In this document: positions 11,418 through 20,801 of the stretch, in pieces
Numbering within the stretch: the stretch's first letter is position 1
How the letters are laid out: each line of letters begins with the position of its first letter
Assembly (NCBI GenBank): GCA_010909165.1
Contig: VJWM01000044.1
Location: 1,302,001 to 1,366,000 of the forward strand
DNA from: Anthoceros angustus
Taxonomy: Eukaryota; Plantae; Anthocerotophyta
Direction: 5' to 3'
Length of the DNA: 64,000 bases
The notes under the pieces: generated by a model
What the model saw: only the letters and a program-made list of their open reading frames with translations
Database searches by the model: none
What the model was told of the DNA's origin: nothing
Translations under genes and position numbers: made by a program

Positions 11418-12110
11418 TCCTCTAGGACCCCATAGCGCCAAAAAAAACCCATGTCCAGCTGCCAACTCCTTCGGCCTCGGAGGACTCAATAACACTTTCC
11501 AAGTTACGTCCTGGCCAGGAGTTGGTCTACAGGTGGTGAGAAACATGAGGGTTTCAACAAGTGATGTTCGTGACACCACCCGTGCAGCGTACACACTACC
11601 CACAGGCCTTGGACAGGTGTCATGTCGCTTCTCTCCTTCAACAACCCCAGTACAGAGAAGTCAGTGATCGTCAACCTGCCGACTCGAACACTTCTGTACG
11701 ACAAACAAAACGCCTTGCGATTCTACATCCGTGGAATTGTTTACAAGCAAAGGCTTCAAGGAGATGGTGCTCTCATTGCTCTGCGTCCTGAGCGAATCCT
11801 CCGCAAATTTTGTCACAACTTCACCACGCCGAGTTTTCCTAAACGACGAGAAGCATGTGAATCATCCAGCTTGAATAGTACGCAGAGTCTTGAAGATATG
11901 AAAATTCTTTGCCGGTGCAGATGGATGACATCAGTCCAGTTGGCGTCGTCAGCATATTCCGTTGCACATTTGATCAGCCCGAGCTGGTGGATCTGTGGCC
12001 GTTTGCCAACACAGCGAACCTACTCACACCACTCAAAAACAATATGTTCGGTCTTTAAGCGTCTTTGACTAACCATGACCACCTAACTATGGAATACCGA
12101 TCTGGTCACG
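11418..12110. repeat. Repeat X copy 1 (about 0.7 kb; direct homolog at 50940-51665)
   Basis: Long collinear matches such as gttacgtcctggccagga...ctacaggtggtgagaaac...gaagtcagtgatcgtcaacctgccgactcga...ctttgactaac...ctatggaataccg in both copies. No conserved open frame was recognised. Confidence 0.8.
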
Positions 12111-12327
12111 CGTCATCCACATTTGTTTAGGGTTGTGGACAGAAAAAAATAATCCTGCCACATTCGACGGAACTATTTCGGTATGTCACGCATGACCACA
12201 TCGGTCGGGTTTACGACCCCTGGTGTCCCGATGTTGTCAACCTACCCCATGATGCACGAAAAGATTTCACGATACACAAACTTTTTTTCTCTCGGGTTTA
12301 GGGTTGCGTGTAGGTCATTTGCATTGC

Positions 12328-12496
12328 TGTCGTGCTAAACAGTGTCAGCCTGATCAGTTGGCTAGCTATTGGCAGGATTATGTGAAAAAGAAAGATCTGG
12401 GCACTAGCTTTCCAACTAGCTTATTGGTCATGAACGTGACCGTAAGACAATTTGAAAACCAGGCAAACAGAGTGGTGGTCCTTGCAAGTCCTGATT
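12328..12496 (-). repeat. Terminal repeat block B2 (3' end of the element)
   Basis: tgtcgtgctaaa...gtccttgcaagtcctgatt is near-identical to 13681-13840. Confidence 0.9.
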
Positions 12497-13678
12497 AGCA
12501 TCGCACAAAAGCATCACCGTCACCACACAGTCTCAGTCTCACAATTCTCTCAGGTGATGTCCACCAGCCCAACGCCCAGCGCTGCCGTGCGCTGGTGCTA
12601 TTCTAATGCCCGCGACGGGACACCGCAGCACTCATGAGCTCTCCTGGACGAATCCTGAGACTCGTGAGCAAGACCCCCGTCCTGCAATCCCAGCGACTGT
12701 GTTTGCGAGTTGTAGTAAGTCCTCCACCTAGCCCCGGCGTGTCACACTCAGATCGTCAGTTACACACACACCGCGATGTGGCACATCGGTGTTGCACTGA
12801 TTTACGGCGTTGGATTTACAAGCGATTCCTTGGTCACCACCTCGGCGGAAGCCTAGGTTCAACGAGAGAACTTCTAACAAGCGTATCGAGCCTAGAAGCC
12901 GACTTATACGCCACGCTTGCTCGGCCGTTGCCTGCAGCCTCCCTCCTCCGTCTCGCCATGTCGCACGCTCGTAACCTCCCAGCCATTTTGCACAATGATG
13001 CTTCTCGCCCCTGAGCCCTAAACGAGTCGCACGTTCCCTACCTAGCCAATCCTGATCTACCTAATTACAGTCGGCCCCCCCTAATTGGGAATTCTATAAA
13101 TGGGATTCCTCTCTAAATGCGACCTCCCATCCTACTCCCTTTAGTTTACAATGTAATAAATGGGACTTTTCCCTAAATGATAATTGGGACCTTTGAAACA
13201 TACATTCATGTTAGTTTCACCTCCCTAAATGGGATTTCTAATTTTTACTAAAAAATTAAAAAGAAAAAAAAGAATCCATTATTTGAGAGCACAATAGACT
13301 TTTAGGTGTGATTGAAGACTCTTAAGCTAAGCTTTTTCCTTTATGATAGATAGAGGTTTTTTGATGTCGCTTAGAGAGTGCTAGCTTTCAAACAACTATA
13401 TAAAGAACTGGTAAAAGTTATTTTTAGTGAAACCTATCAATCAAAATTTAAATTTTCTTTTTTGGGTATTTTTGATTTTTAAAATTTATAATATTTTTAT
13501 TATTTTTAAATAGGAAAATACAATCGGGACACTTCCCTTAATGGGACCTCTAAAGGCACTCCGAACCAGTCCCAATTAGGGGGGGTGGACTGTATATGAT
13601 TAGCCTAATTACATATAATTAGCCTAATTACATATGTTTGATTAATCAGATATCCTAATTAATCAACATGGCCTGACA
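12497..13678 (-). repeat. Repeat block A2 (LTR-like; contains a MITE)
   Basis: agcatcgcacaaaagc...catggcctgaca matches 23120-23753 once 13068-13594 is removed. Confidence 0.9.
13068..13592. mobile_element. Non-autonomous Tc1/mariner(pogo)-type MITE with TA TSD, inserted in A2
   Basis: TIRs CAGTC(GG/CA)CCCCCCCTAATTGGGA, TA at 13066-67 and 13593-94, AT-rich interior. The empty site cctaatTAtatgattag is present in A1 near 23661-23677. Confidence 0.9.
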
Positions 13679-13680
13679 AC

Positions 13681-13840
13681 TGTCGTGCTAAATAGTGTCA
13701 CCGATCGGGTTGGCTGGCGTGATTATGTGAAAAGAAAGATCTGGGCACTAGCTTTCCAACTAGCTTATTGGTCATGAACGTGACCGTAAGACAATTTGAA
13801 AACCAGGCAAACAGAGTGGTGGTCCTTGCAAGTCCTGATT
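13681..13840 (-). repeat. Internal repeat block B1, preceded in element orientation by a G8 tract (13841-13848, PPT-like)
   Basis: Direct copy of 12328-12496. It is separated from A2 by the 2 nt at 13679-13680 and followed on + by cccccccc. Confidence 0.88.
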
Positions 13841-13924
13841 CCCCCCCCAGTGTGGTGATACCTGGCACCAAAACTGCAGACAGGCCACACAGAGAAATGG
13901 GTCGGACCCATTGAGTTTACCTGA

Positions 13925-14107
13925 TCAGTTATCCCTGTGGTCCCTAGCTCGACAGAGAGGGCAATACCACAGGTTCTCTGGCACCTCGGTCAGCGGTGGC
14001 TGAAGGCAAAATAGATGGAAGCCTCCATGGCAGCCGTCACACAGCAGGATGAGCTCTGGATCGTCAATCCTCCTGCACTCGATAGTGTCGGTAATCAGGG
14101 GGATCAA
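13925..14107 (-). CDS. PHD finger at the integrase C-terminus (frameshifted)
   Basis: ECRRIDDPELILLCDGCHGGFHLFCLQPPLTEVPENLWYCPLC fits the C4HC3 pattern. The first Cys is lost at the frameshift junction with the integrase ORF. Confidence 0.88.
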   Translation of the reverse strand: MIPLITDTIECRRIDDPELILLCDGCHGGFHLFCLQPPLTEVPENLWYCPLCRARDHRDN

Positions 14108-15494
14108 TTTCTTTGTGACTGGGGTCCAAGTTGGGCAGATGGCAAGGGGCGCAGTTCTTCATGTGGTCTGTGGTGACCCTCCCATCTGACCCTTCCAGCA
14201 ACAGCACTCCATTCCTACGCACCTCTCGCAACCGTAACACATGTCTGCTAGTGCTAGGCTCCAAGGTATCCTGCGTTTGCCGCTGTAGGTAGACGTAGTC
14301 CCCTGGCTGGAATTTCCTGACCTTGGGATGGAAGCTCCCACTTCTGGTGTGAGCATACCTGAGCGCATCACGATGCTGGGCTATCCTGAGATTGGCCATG
14401 GCCATTGGCATCACCTGTCTGAATAAGGCTGCACGTTCTCCAATAGCCTTGGCCCATGCCGCTGGATCATCCAGGCTCAGCACCTCCTGCATCTGTCGGG
14501 CAATGGCCACAGGTGGTACTGGCTCTCTTCCAAACAGAAGGAAGTAAGGTGAGAAGTTGGCCAGTGATGCGTGCCTGCTCATCCTGTAGCCCATAGCGAT
14601 GTATGGCAAAGCCAAGTCCCAATCTGTCTTGGGCTTGGTGAGACACAGCTTCCTCAATGCACGTTTGATGGTTTGCACCATTCTCTCGGCCAATCCATCT
14701 GCCTGAGGGTGATCACGACTGGTGCGTCGGTGATCAATGAGCGCAGCATCTAGTAAGTCCTGGAACTCACCTCTGAATTCAGCCCCTTGGCCTGTCAAAC
14801 ACTCGGCGCTGCCCCCAAACCGGCTAAGCACATTGTGTAAGAATGCTTGAGCTGTGCTGCGTGATGCCTTGTCTGGCAGCGCCATCAGCTCCACCCACTT
14901 CGAAAAGTGTTCAATCATGACCATGATATAAACATTTCCACGTGGTGTTCGTGGGAATTCCCCAGCCAAGTCACAGGACCACCTGAAGAATAGTCCCATG
15001 ATGGGCAGTGGCTGCAACTCTGAGTGAGGGTTGCTGAAAGAAGCCTTGACTCTGTCACATTGAGCACACTTGACTACTTCCTCACGCACCTGTGTGAACA
15101 TGCCATGCGAGTGGAAGTGGGGAAGAAGCAAGCTGTAGGTGCGCTTCACACCAAAGTGACCTAAGTCTTCATGTACTCTGTGAATCAGTCCTGCACGGTC
15201 CTGTGGTGGTGGCACCAGTCGTTCAGTCCCGTTGGCCAGTCTTCTCAGCAAATAGCCATCCCTCCACTCATAGCGAGCTGCTCTCTGCTGCACTCTCTCT
15301 TGCTGATGTGCATCCAGGCTGGCATCCATATGTCTAGTCTTCACGTACTCTAGTGTGACTTCATCACTCCACACATCCTTGTGCGGTTGGAAACGACTGT
15401 TAGTGCAACCCTGTGCCATACACAGCATAGTCACCAAAGCCGCAGCATTAGGTGTCTCTTCCATGTCACCGTCTGGCGTCGGTGTTGTCCTCAC
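14064..15494 (-). CDS. Retroviral-type (rve) DDE integrase with HHCC zinc-binding domain
   Basis: HEDLGHFG...CAQCDR, WSCDLAG, EHFSKWVE, CLTGQGAEF (second catalytic Asp appears as Gly), PQADGLAERMVQ, LLFGREP. Confidence 0.92.
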   Translation of the reverse strand: MRTTPTPDGDMEETPNAAALVTMLCMAQGCTNSRFQPHKDVWSDEVTLEYVKTRHMDASLDAHQQERVQQRAARYEWRDGYLLRRLANGTERLVPPPQDRAGLIHRVHEDLGHFGVKRTYSLLLPHFHSHGMFTQVREEVVKCAQCDRVKASFSNPHSELQPLPIMGLFFRWSCDLAGEFPRTPRGNVYIMVMIEHFSKWVELMALPDKASRSTAQAFLHNVLSRFGGSAECLTGQGAEFRGEFQDLLDAALIDHRRTSRDHPQADGLAERMVQTIKRALRKLCLTKPKTDWDLALPYIAMGYRMSRHASLANFSPYFLLFGREPVPPVAIARQMQEVLSLDDPAAWAKAIGERAALFRQVMPMAMANLRIAQHRDALRYAHTRSGSFHPKVRKFQPGDYVYLQRQTQDTLEPSTSRHVLRLREVRRNGVLLLEGSDGRVTTDHMKNCAPCHLPNLDPSHKEIDPPDYRHYRVQED

Positions 15495-15964
15495 TTACGG
15501 TGGCGTGATGTTATGCACATTAGTTGCTTGGTTCCAAGCCTATGAACCACCTCAAACTCATAGTCTTGGAGTATCATGGCCCACCTTGCAAGCTTTCCGC
15601 TAAGCTTGGTGTTGGACATCAGCCACTTTGAGGGCTGATGATCTGTCACCAACGTGAACTTTCGCCCATACAGGTAAGGTCGAAAATGGCAGATTGCCCA
15701 CACAGCTGCAAGCAACTCCCCTTCATAGCTGGAGTAGTTTGCTTCTGCTCTGTTGTTGCTTCTTGAGGCATAGGCAATGACCCTCTCCTGACCTTCAGCG
15801 TCCACTTGTGCTAGCACCGCTCCCAGCCCCAAAGTGCTCCAGTCTGTATGGAGGACAAATGGCTTGGCAAAGTCAGGCCTGGCCATAATTGCATCCGACC
15901 GCTTGTTTTTCAAACTTTCAAATGCAACAATTGCGTCAATCCCAAAATTTGTCTCCTTGCGCAA
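15491..15964 (-). CDS. Ty3/Gypsy RNase H
   Basis: PDFAKPFVLHTDWS..GLGAVLAQ...VIAYASR...NYSSYEGELLAAVWAI.HFRPYLYG..FTLVTDHQP. Confidence 0.93.
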   Translation of the reverse strand: MRKETNFGIDAIVAFESLKNKRSDAIMARPDFAKPFVLHTDWSTLGLGAVLAQVDAEGQERVIAYASRSNNRAEANYSSYEGELLAAVWAICHFRPYLYGRKFTLVTDHQPSKWLMSNTKLSGKLARWAMILQDYEFEVVHRLGTKQLMCITSRHRK

Positions 15965-17115
15965 TTATCATTCAAAGGCTTAGCAATGCTGCTAAAGGCC
16001 TGTACATAGATCCTGTAGTAGTTGCACAGCCCTAGGAACGCCCTAAGAGCAGACACGTTGGTTGGAGCCTGAATCTGCTGGATTGCCTGAACCTTGGCAG
16101 CATGTGGTGTTATACCATCTGGTAAGATCCTGTGACCTAGGTAGGCCACTGTGTCCATGGCGAATTTGCACTTGGCTGGGTGGCACGTTAGCTGAGCCTT
16201 TTGCAGCCTTCGAAACAGGTCCTCCAGGTGGATTAGATGAGTGTCAAAGTCCACGCTGTGGACCAGCTCATCATCTATGTAGCACAAAAGGTGAGGGGCC
16301 CCCACCAATACCTTGTCCATGACCCTTTGGAAAGTTACTGGTGCATTCTTGAACCCAAAAGGCATGACCAGCCACTCCCACAGCTGGTGAGCTCCATGAA
16401 ATGTTGTCTTGGGTATGTCCTCCTCTGCCACTGGCACCTGGTTGAAACCCTGCCGCAGATCCAAAGTGGAAAAGAATTTGGACTGTCCAATGTTGTCGAA
16501 CAACTCCTCTGGCGTAGGCATAGGATACCTATCAAGGGCTGTTGCTGCATTGATAGGACGGTAGTCCCCACACATTCGTTTTTCAGTCAAAAAGCCTTGG
16601 CTGTCCTTCTTGGGTGGAAGGACGGTGGCGGCTGCATAATCAGAACTAGAGGGCCTAATCAACCCAGCCCGATACAACTCTTGGCAGCGTGCTTCCACAA
16701 TCTCCCATTCAGATTGGCTCAATCTGTACCTGCGCCTATAGATCGGCTCAGTGGTGTTGAGGTTGATTCTGAACGTCATGACATTGCACCTTTTCAAATC
16801 CTTCATGCTGAAGGCAAAATAGTCCGAGTACTGCGAAAGCAAGGCTTGGATCCGCTGCTTCTGCCTTGAATCCAGCTGAGGACCCATAATCCAATCAAAA
16901 GCTTCCGCAGTGGGTGGAGATTTGACAGCTGATGACAGTCCTAGTCCTGAATCCGATTCAAGAAAACAAGTTTGGAGACATGCTCCCCTGCGTCGGTGAT
17001 GGGGTAGTAGCGAAATCCCGGGAATGGCAAATGAACGGCATCCGGGTGACAGGATAGAGTCTGTGTGTGAGAGCCTTGATCCCAAGGTCTGGTAAACACC
17101 TGGAAAGCCAAGCAA
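15910..17115 (-). CDS. Ty3/Gypsy reverse transcriptase
   Basis: RMCGDYRPIN, YPMP, FSTLDLRQGFNQV, KTTF, VMPFGFKNAPVTFQRVMD, CYIDD, KCKF..VAYLGH. Confidence 0.95.
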   Translation of the reverse strand: MLGFPGVYQTLGSRLSHTDSILSPGCRSFAIPGISLLPHHRRRGACLQTCFLESDSGLGLSSAVKSPPTAEAFDWIMGPQLDSRQKQRIQALLSQYSDYFAFSMKDLKRCNVMTFRINLNTTEPIYRRRYRLSQSEWEIVEARCQELYRAGLIRPSSSDYAAATVLPPKKDSQGFLTEKRMCGDYRPINAATALDRYPMPTPEELFDNIGQSKFFSTLDLRQGFNQVPVAEEDIPKTTFHGAHQLWEWLVMPFGFKNAPVTFQRVMDKVLVGAPHLLCYIDDELVHSVDFDTHLIHLEDLFRRLQKAQLTCHPAKCKFAMDTVAYLGHRILPDGITPHAAKVQAIQQIQAPTNVSALRAFLGLCNYYRIYVQAFSSIAKPLNDNCARRQILGLTQLLHLKV

Positions 17116-18092
17116 AGACTAAGCAGCCAAGTCAAGGCACTCATATCCATAGCACGGCCAAGTGCTGCAAACCTCTGTGCCCTGGAAGCCTGGGGTGCCG
17201 CTGTACTGTGGGTATGAAAACCCATTATCCGTTCTCTCTCCTCCACTGTAGGTTCCTCCCACACCTTGGTATCCTCATTAAAGAGCATACCAGGGCCGTT
17301 ATTCCTATAAGCATAGGAGCCGGGATAGCTGACCACCGTGGGCAAGGTTTTCCTTGGCTGACCTGGTGTGTTGGTAGGGAACCACGGAGCTCTCTCCTTG
17401 GCTGTGACAGGTTTGGGAGTGTGATTGTCATCCAGCACGTCCTGTAAGAGTCGAGTGGGGTCCCGTTGCTGCTCCTGTAAAGCCAAGTTTAAGACAGGCA
17501 ATGGGACCAGGTTTGTCCAGTAATTCCTAAGTCTGTGAGCGTAGCTGCCCACCTGAGCAGCATCCATGGTAAATGGCGTACCAATGGCCTGCTGAATAAC
17601 ACCCATGTCTTGGCGTAACTGTGGACGAGCATCCAGTTGAGCTGGTGTATTTTCCAGCAAGTAAGCCATTGTGGGGTGCTGATCCTGGAGCCATCGAAGT
17701 ACTTGCACCAGATCCCTAAATAAGCCTGAACGGCTATCGTGCAGCCCTGCTCCTTTCCCAGCTTGGGACAGACCCTGGAACTCCCATCCTGCAATTAGCA
17801 AATCCACATTCCCAATAGCCTGGACGTGTGCTTGCTGGATATACCGAATGTTTTGTGGAAGAGCATTACACATGTTCTTGCTGGCCTGCCGAGGAAATTG
17901 CTGAGGGAACTGCTGCTGTAGCGATTGCACTCGATGGATTGCAATGTGCCTAACAGTTGGGCAAGCATCACAGTAGATGTATCTAGAAACCCGCATCAAA
18001 GACCGCCTCCGGACTGGCACATGTCGAATGCCCACCAAGGTGATCCCTTGTGGTGTAGGTCTGTAATAATGTAATGTTGAATAGGAGAACAA
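16941..18092 (-). CDS. C5 cytosine DNA methyltransferase domain (DNMT3-like) embedded in pol; this copy degenerate
   Basis: Motif IV region DLLIAGWEFQGLSQAG (GxxCQ with C>F), RSGLF, motif VI YLLENT, motif VIII DAAQVGSYAHRLRNYWTN, motif IX/X EERERIMGF...LGRAMD. The motif I region (GITLV..., frame-scrambled) precedes RYIYCD. Confidence 0.88.
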   Translation of the reverse strand: MFSYSTLHYYRPTPQGITLVGIRHVPVRRRSLMRVSRYIYCDACPTVRHIAIHRVQSLQQQFPQQFPRQASKNMCNALPQNIRYIQQAHVQAIGNVDLLIAGWEFQGLSQAGKGAGLHDSRSGLFRDLVQVLRWLQDQHPTMAYLLENTPAQLDARPQLRQDMGVIQQAIGTPFTMDAAQVGSYAHRLRNYWTNLVPLPVLNLALQEQQRDPTRLLQDVLDDNHTPKPVTAKERAPWFPTNTPGQPRKTLPTVVSYPGSYAYRNNGPGMLFNEDTKVWEEPTVEERERIMGFHTHSTAAPQASRAQRFAALGRAMDMSALTWLLSLCLAFQVFTRPWDQGSHTQTLSCHPDAVHLPFPGFRYYPITDAGEHVSKLVFLNRIQD

Positions 18093-18119
18093 TGCGCCTC
18101 CCCTATTAGATCTGAAAGC

Positions 18120-18905
18120 TCATTGCTTGTACGGCATGACACGAGCAATCGTCTCTCGAGTCAGAGACGCCCTTGTCGGGCCGTGAGCCCTGCATTGTCC
18201 GGATACTAGGGCTTGGGAGTGCAGCTGTGCTCCCAGCGCATCTTCCTCAAGATCAGGGAAGAGAACGTCCTCGTCCTCTCCACACTCAGTCAGCCATACT
18301 TGAGCGCGATAGTCTGGTAGTAATCGGGGCATTGTCCCATCCTCCCATGGCTGGATCTGCGTCATGCAGGCTTGTCTTACCACCAGCGTAGCTTTAGCTG
18401 CTTGTGTGGCGCCATGCAAATCTAGGGGCAGGTAAGCAATGCGCGTTCCCCCTTGCTGCCAATCTGGCCTGTAAGAGGCCTGTTCTGTCCAATTGTCAAT
18501 GGAAACTCCTGGAGGGAACAAAAATTCCTGTCCCAACAAGATGTCATAATTGGTGGCCCCTGTGACCAGGCAGCGCACCGTCAAGCTCACCTCATCCGCT
18601 GTGTTGGGCTTCAAAGTGATCTTGACTGGTTGGGTGGTTTCCCCTTTTACAGGTTCAACCGCCCCTGAGGCTGTGCGAATGTTCCAGGGAGACGGCTGCA
18701 GAGCACTCCCTTCCAGTCGCAGCCTAGCAGCCAGAACCTTCCCTATGATGACTGGTTGTGCTCCCGTGTCCAATAACACACCTCTAGGCGCGAATCCATT
18801 CACCAGCACATGGCTGCCGCGATTGTCCACCAGCACATTGCCAATGGTGGCCTTGCGCCGATTTGTGGGCTGTATGATTGGCAAACCCTGGCTCTCACAA
18901 GCCAA
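18120..18905 (-). CDS. Retroviral-type aspartic protease
   Basis: GVLLDTGAQPVIIG catalytic motif and YDILLGQEFL. Confidence 0.88.
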   Translation of the reverse strand: MACESQGLPIIQPTNRRKATIGNVLVDNRGSHVLVNGFAPRGVLLDTGAQPVIIGKVLAARLRLEGSALQPSPWNIRTASGAVEPVKGETTQPVKITLKPNTADEVSLTVRCLVTGATNYDILLGQEFLFPPGVSIDNWTEQASYRPDWQQGGTRIAYLPLDLHGATQAAKATLVVRQACMTQIQPWEDGTMPRLLPDYRAQVWLTECGEDEDVLFPDLEEDALGAQLHSQALVSGQCRAHGPTRASLTRETIARVMPYKQ

Positions 18906-19258
18906 GGTAGCTTTTGCACCTCTTGCACGAAAAAGGATCCAACCACTCGATCATGATCAGCAAAGAACACTCGGCTTGTGAAGGCTGCAACATGATGCCT
19001 ACAGCAGCTTCTTCAATTCCCACATCTTGCAGGCTGAGTAAGGGTGCCTTGTATACCCTCTTCAACAGCTCCTTGTGTGTCAACACCATGGTCAGTAATC
19101 GGATAGCTTGATCAGCCTTCGGTGTTTCTGGCCAGTGACGCTGGCTGGAAACTTGGTCAATCCCTTGTTCCACCCGATCTCCTTCAGGTAGGTGATCGCC
19201 TCATCGTAGGCCGACCACGTGGAAGTCACTGGAACGACTCGTATTGCCCTAGCACTGG

Positions 19259-20801
19259 TCATGTGGTAATAAGAACTATTTCCAAAGCATGGCCCAACCA
19301 TGTTTGTGGTAGCTGCTCACCAGTCCTGGGCCAGTCTATCTGCTCTAGGCCTTTGCCATGAGATGGCCCAAACTCTGACTGCTCCGTGTGTGTTGCATAG
19401 GCTTCCATGATGGGGCCATAATCCTCATCAAGGTCAGTTGATGTTTTGGTAGCCACAAGTTCCACAACACTGGCTGACTTAGCAACATTCAAGCTGGCTG
19501 CCAACGTGCTAACCTGAGTGGTCAGTGCCGCCATGGCTGTCTCTAGGGCAGTCAGTTTGTCGGCTTGAGCAGCAGTCTTCTGCTGAGCCTTGTCACGCTT
19601 GACCTGGCTCTTGGCAGCTGTGGCTCCCTCCTATGGCCGCATTCCTGTGAAGCCTGCCGTCTTTTCCACGGGCCGCCAGTTAGGATACTTGGGAATGAGA
19701 CTACTCACGTGATCGCACGCAAAGGAGTGCAGCGTAAGAGTCAAGACTCACCTTGCATGCATGCAGAAGATGTTCAAGATCGCCACACCAAGCACAAGTG
19801 TGGTAATGTAGTCACTCCAGCCTTGGCTAGCTTAGTCTCCCTGCCCTTGCTGGCAACACCCTGAGTTGTTGCCGAACTACTCTTTCCTGAAAACATCTGC
19901 TGGTAATGGTGAAAGGCTTTGGTATGTTGAGAAGCATACGCTGAAAAAGCCAGTTCCTTCTTCTCCGCTTCCTGATAGACCTGATCCAGTGTGTAGTTGT
20001 CCCCATACTTGTCAACCAAGGTGGTAAACAACTGATAGTGAAACAGTGGGTCAGTCTCTAAGGCAGCCAGAAACTTTTGAGCCGCCTCTTGGTCGGTCAG
20101 CATGCCCGTACCATCTCTTAGCTTCTGTAATCGCCGAAAGACCATCTGGACGGTCTCACCTTTCTTGCGCGCAAAGGCTGCAAGCTCCGCAATCTTCTCC
20201 GGAGTCTTGGTTGGAAAGGCCCTGTCCAGAATCGCGAAGAAGTCCTCCACAGGGTTGTCATGCTTGGGTACGTCCAACTTGTCCGGGATACCAGCTGTGG
20301 CAGTAGCCATCTCCTGTTGAGTCATGTTCACTACCGTAGGTGGTGGGACTGATGTTGCAATGATGCCACCGCATCCACCTTGGTGAGTGGCCACCGCGCA
20401 AAGAACTCGCCTTATGCTACAGTACGCGAAGGTGAGTTAAGGTTCTCTACCACCGCCAACATCTCTGGTGCATGAATCTCGAACAAGTCCAAAGCTTCAT
20501 CAGCTAGATACCCAGGTAGCTGTTCAAACATGTACCTATGGGTGTAAGCAGTTCCATGCTTAAACTTAACGCGGCTGGTTAAGAACCCATAAAACAACTT
20601 GAAATCTCTAAGAGGTTGCGTCCCTGGCCTGCCAGAAAACTTCTCAGACTTGTGACCAGATGCTCCAGACCCCTCCATGGTGTCAGACTCCTCGGACTCC
20701 TTCTCCTCCGAGCTGGTTGCTCCACTTACGCGGCGAGTTTCTCTATCATTGAAGAGGAGCTTTTGGATATGCTTTGAGTGTCTATTAATACAATCGTACA
20801 A
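19259..20801 (-). pseudogene. Gag (fragmented) with CCHC zinc knuckle
   Basis: Capsid-like ORFs 20412-20801 and 19774-20394 (FARKKGETVQMVFRRLQKL...KFLAAL). Manual translation of 19796-19755 gives CAWCGDLEHLLHAC. A coiled-coil segment lies at 19259-19600. Confidence 0.75.

Noticed and set aside
11284-12068. Protein-coding gene in repeat X
   Set aside because: The two copies do not preserve a common long frame; stops and frameshifts differ between them.
13925-20801. Tyrosine recombinase (DIRS/PAT/Ngaro) explaining the split repeats
   Set aside because: No R-H-R-Y recombinase ORF was found. The element has an HHCC-rve integrase, TG..CA ends and a TSD.
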